64,000 nt of DNA from an uncultured Eubacteriales bacterium (GTDB taxonomy: Bacteria; Bacillota; Clostridia; UBA1381; UMGS1253): positions 43,621 through 107,620 of the forward strand of contig CABUKE010000004.1 in assembly GCA_902492065.1 (NCBI GenBank). The letters run 5' to 3'. The position numbers and the translations under genes were made by a program. The number at the start of each line of letters is the position of its first letter. Positions within the stretch are counted from its first letter, which is position 1. This document shows, piece after piece, positions 62,601-64,000 of this stretch. Below the pieces are notes generated by a model. The model was given only the letters and a program-made list of their open reading frames with translations. It was not told the origin of the DNA and made no database searches.

Positions 62601-63067
62601 AAAAGCAGCGGGTGGAAAATCCCGTTGAGGTAAATATCCATCAGGTTGTAATACTCTGTTTCGTTCGGCGTTTTAATTTCATAATAAGTACAGTCATCCG
62701 AGGTGACGGCGTTGATACTTTCTGCCAGTGCGCTCTCGCGGACGTAGTGCATAATATTTTTTACAGGATATTTTTCACTGCCGCAAAGCAGGCTGTGCTC
62801 CAGCACGTGATTGGCGCCTTTGCTGTCTGTAGGCGGAGTCTTGAACCCGATGGAAAAGTCCCTGCGTTCTGCGCCGTTATCGAGATACAGAACCTCCGCC
62901 CCTGTCTTGATGTGACGGAAATAGTACATAATGCCGTCCAAGTCGGCGGACTGCTGCGTTTCAATTAATTCAAAACCCGTACCTTCATAAGAATCTTCTG
63001 CCAATGCTGCGGTAGTTCCTAACAGCATTGTCAGGCAGATGAGTATTGCGGTAAGTCGTTTTATCAT
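59639..63067 (-). CDS. secreted M16 (insulinase/PreP-like) zinc peptidase with C-terminal SLH anchors
   Basis: Signal peptide MIKRLTAILICLTMLLGTTAALA. Inverted zinc motif HVLEH in GANHVLEHSLLCGSEKYP. The roughly 950-aa M16C-sized body is followed by SLH-like repeats (YSDVTELNWYGDAVISLSEKGILHGY, YTDISSSDWFYSAMTKLATYGYLSGY, FSDIQEHWAYEEIAAAV). Confidence 0.85.
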   Translation of the reverse strand: MIKRLTAILICLTMLLGTTAALAEDSYEGTGFELIETQQSADLDGIMYYFRHIKTGAEVLYLDNGAERRDFSIGFKTPPTDSKGANHVLEHSLLCGSEKYPVKNIMHYVRESALAESINAVTSDDCTYYEIKTPNETEYYNLMDIYLNGIFHPLLLTEENIFKQQGIRLEYVDGEVQYNGVVYNELRIKSLDSTENSVNFLADRLYDALYGDTAPSFNSGGSLDELKTLTYQDLLTVYNNYYIPSNSMTYLAGKQDIRKTLAVLDSFFQQFEKKEIQVDFPDTKRQPEQVLSEYNVTDNTKTVDIGFMYSGVPMAESAEELYARDIIFDLISTKMGEINSKNYTSGGNTGGISNLALLISEVPVEKKDEIISAYEEILAQFSENGFGDLSAEIDAYILQRQNPYLYAPELGMFNGLLYHSDPFYFMDGSKSANTLKEHPEIFDTVLKKYFTENPCRKIVVSGNGGTGLEEEPLHFSDTELEQIKQDTIQFQVWADAPDDPAAVARIPTLTLAEVADAPAYSHPVHETVDNMDFYYTQKQESGTVYLNLFFPLQIASDDLDYVTLLTSYLRTKAMESGLESVYIDLMSMENFHDSNRINPQIAVCLTGTDDTITAEFQKLIQFLQDGTLWDEAAFGAYVQNTPAEILQNSYRDPYYLSYELKQSSQSAGNRFYSFTRGSIGQGSVPYYHFLNRAEPEQYPAMLQKVKDMVNELVLGQLPTVEYVGGGSYENVKACIAEQYQNAEKRDSTALRLPAGCHSAAIVTNLTDANHFMLSGSLADAGYVYSGKMNVLGNVLTANYILPTMRGKYGAYGANTAFDQYGLTCAVAGLSDIDLALSIWSGMGDYLRNLEMTQKELDAIIVPVVKDFDEYYNDSDYGAMLALSGKTPEDIQRVRNEILSTTVADLRSYADLVDELVAQNSVFAVLGKDAADDAAFDFGYYADANTLNVYPRLTKTPGGYVHGKTETEFCPDDPLTRAETATLIADLLADQSSTEGPSPYSDVTELNWYGDAVISLSEKGILHGYEDGTFHPDDSMSRAEFSSVLINFLYGSKEDSGTTANTIYTDISSSDWFYSAMTKLATYGYLSGYEGNQLRPNAPITRAEAVTILNRMLGKTYSPDIQTPFSDIQEHWAYEEIAAAVNG

Positions 63068-63804
63068 TTTTCTTCTCCTTGTATATCTATGATTTCTTTT
63101 GCCATTTGTGTCAGGTCCTCTTTGGTAAGGGGATTGTCAATTGCAATCAGCTCATAATTGATGCCTGCATATTGCCATGCCACGCCCTGCACGCGGTTAA
63201 CTTCTGTCCCAATTCCGCCATAGGTAAAAACAAGCCGCCCGGACACTTCGTCCATTTTATCCTGTTCGGTCATTTGGTAGTCGGGCGGGACAATTTTGTT
63301 TGTGTAGGAATAGTAGAACAGGCTGCTCCCTTTGTAAGTATCCGCGGTTTCTGCACCTTTCAGTTGCAGACCGGCTCTGGCCTGATCCGCGTGGAGATAG
63401 ACTTCCAGCCCATCTCTTGCATAGACACAGGACAGACTTTTGTAATGTTCATAAATGCTTCCGCCCGGGCCATAGTCTTCGTTGTCGGATATATGCCCGC
63501 TTTTAAACCCATAACCGTTCGAGAATTTTTCTGCAATGTTTGGCACAAATCCAATATCCTGACGCAGCGTCTGCGCGTCCGGAACGGAGGTATAGGTCGG
63601 AATATTGGAAGAATGCCCGCTACGCCCGCTTAAAAGAATGGTTGCCGCATATGCGCTCATACATAGGACGAGCGCCGCGGCTGCTGCAATTGCCGCAATT
63701 CGGCCGACACGGAAGCGTCTGGTCCGGCGTTTACTGTACGCCGCCTCTGCAATCAGGTCGTCGTCGATGCTGCTGATGATGTAAAATAAATCCTTTTGAC
63801 TCAT
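63064..63804 (-). CDS. single-pass membrane protein, DUF4367-like ectodomain (putative anti-sigma/sensor partner)
   Basis: A short cytoplasmic N-terminus (MSQKDLFYIISSIDDDLIAEAAY) is followed by the TM helix IAAIAAAAALVLCMSAYAATILL. The ectodomain ends ...GVAWQYAGINYELIAIDNPLTKEDLTQMAKEII. ATGA overlaps occur at both ends. Confidence 0.65.
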   Translation of the reverse strand: MSQKDLFYIISSIDDDLIAEAAYSKRRTRRFRVGRIAAIAAAAALVLCMSAYAATILLSGRSGHSSNIPTYTSVPDAQTLRQDIGFVPNIAEKFSNGYGFKSGHISDNEDYGPGGSIYEHYKSLSCVYARDGLEVYLHADQARAGLQLKGAETADTYKGSSLFYYSYTNKIVPPDYQMTEQDKMDEVSGRLVFTYGGIGTEVNRVQGVAWQYAGINYELIAIDNPLTKEDLTQMAKEIIDIQGEEK

Positions 63805-64000
63805 ATGATCATTCCTTGCTTTTTAAGATAGTTTCTTAGTTCCCTCCGGGTTCTTAACAGCATGGATTTCACTTTGCTTTCGCTATAACCGAAATTTTTT
63901 GCAATTTCTGCTATACTGTCACAATACCAATACCGCCGGATAAAGACATGACGCTTGATAGGATTGCTTTTGCGCAGAAAACGGCTGATTTGGCCGGCGA
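63801..64000 (-). CDS. sigma-70 family (ECF-like) RNA polymerase sigma factor, C-terminal region 4 only (5' end outside window)
   Basis: My translation of the minus strand gives ...RHVFIRRYWYCDSIAEIAKNFGYSESKVKSMLLRTRRELRNYLKKQGMII, followed by the stop. This is a region 4.2 HTH. The stop TGA 63801-63803 overlaps the next ATG. Confidence 0.75.
   Translation of the reverse strand, partial: AGQISRFLRKSNPIKRHVFIRRYWYCDSIAEIAKNFGYSESKVKSMLLRTRRELRNYLKKQGMII

Noticed and set aside
1-64000. A search for mobile elements, prophage, integrons, retrons or defence islands.
   Set aside because: I recognised no transposase, integrase, recombinase, reverse transcriptase, terminal inverted repeats or att-like tRNA-flanking repeats. 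The single tRNA-Gly has ordinary promoter and terminator flanks.

Overview
This window looks like a mostly core chromosomal segment of a spore-forming, SLH/S-layer-bearing Clostridia-type Firmicute. Coding DNA is GC-rich by eye and intergenic DNA is AT-rich. I support about 60 protein genes, one tRNA-Gly(GCC), two decayed genes, and a set of sigma-A-like promoters and hairpin terminators. I found no rRNA, CRISPR array, transposase, integrase or phage genes, and no recognisable defence island. The backbone, in order: (1) a spoVB-spmA-spmB-M14 peptidase sporulation cluster; (2) a trio of secreted surface proteins (dockerin, Flg_new repeats, SLH); (3) yybS-gdpP-rplI-dnaB fused directly to tilS-hpt-ftsH; (4) nagA, an SH3b-NlpC/P60 hydrolase, and comEC-holA; (5) an L20-leader-controlled infC-rpmI-rplT operon; (6) a minus-strand block of apbE, upp, GNAT, uracil permease, DUF692-like, VOC, HAD and CNNM genes; (7) rplS-lepB-rbgA and mtaB; (8) a purine permease and phosphoribosyltransferase; (9) spoVT and perR-rbr-flavin reductase::rubredoxin; (10) nfnAB and ogt. 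The best candidates for something new rest on sequence reading plus family knowledge, with no database search. They are: (i) a translationally coupled sigma-70 / DUF4367 membrane protein / secreted M16C peptidase with SLH anchors, at the right edge; (ii) an orphan DUF692/MNIO-like metalloenzyme with all ligand motifs but no partner or precursor; (iii) a ribbon-helix-helix plus Cys-rich mini-protein operon with a perfect 14-bp palindrome; (iv) six same-orientation GTTA(C/T) hexamers, four of them phased at about 11 bp, between an SLH gene and the NlpC/P60 gene; (v) two adjacent surface proteins that share an unassigned N-terminal module. There are also several annotation traps: a frameshifted gene whose ORF runs on as an antisense shadow, a non-AUG infC start, and an LD-carboxypeptidase relic.
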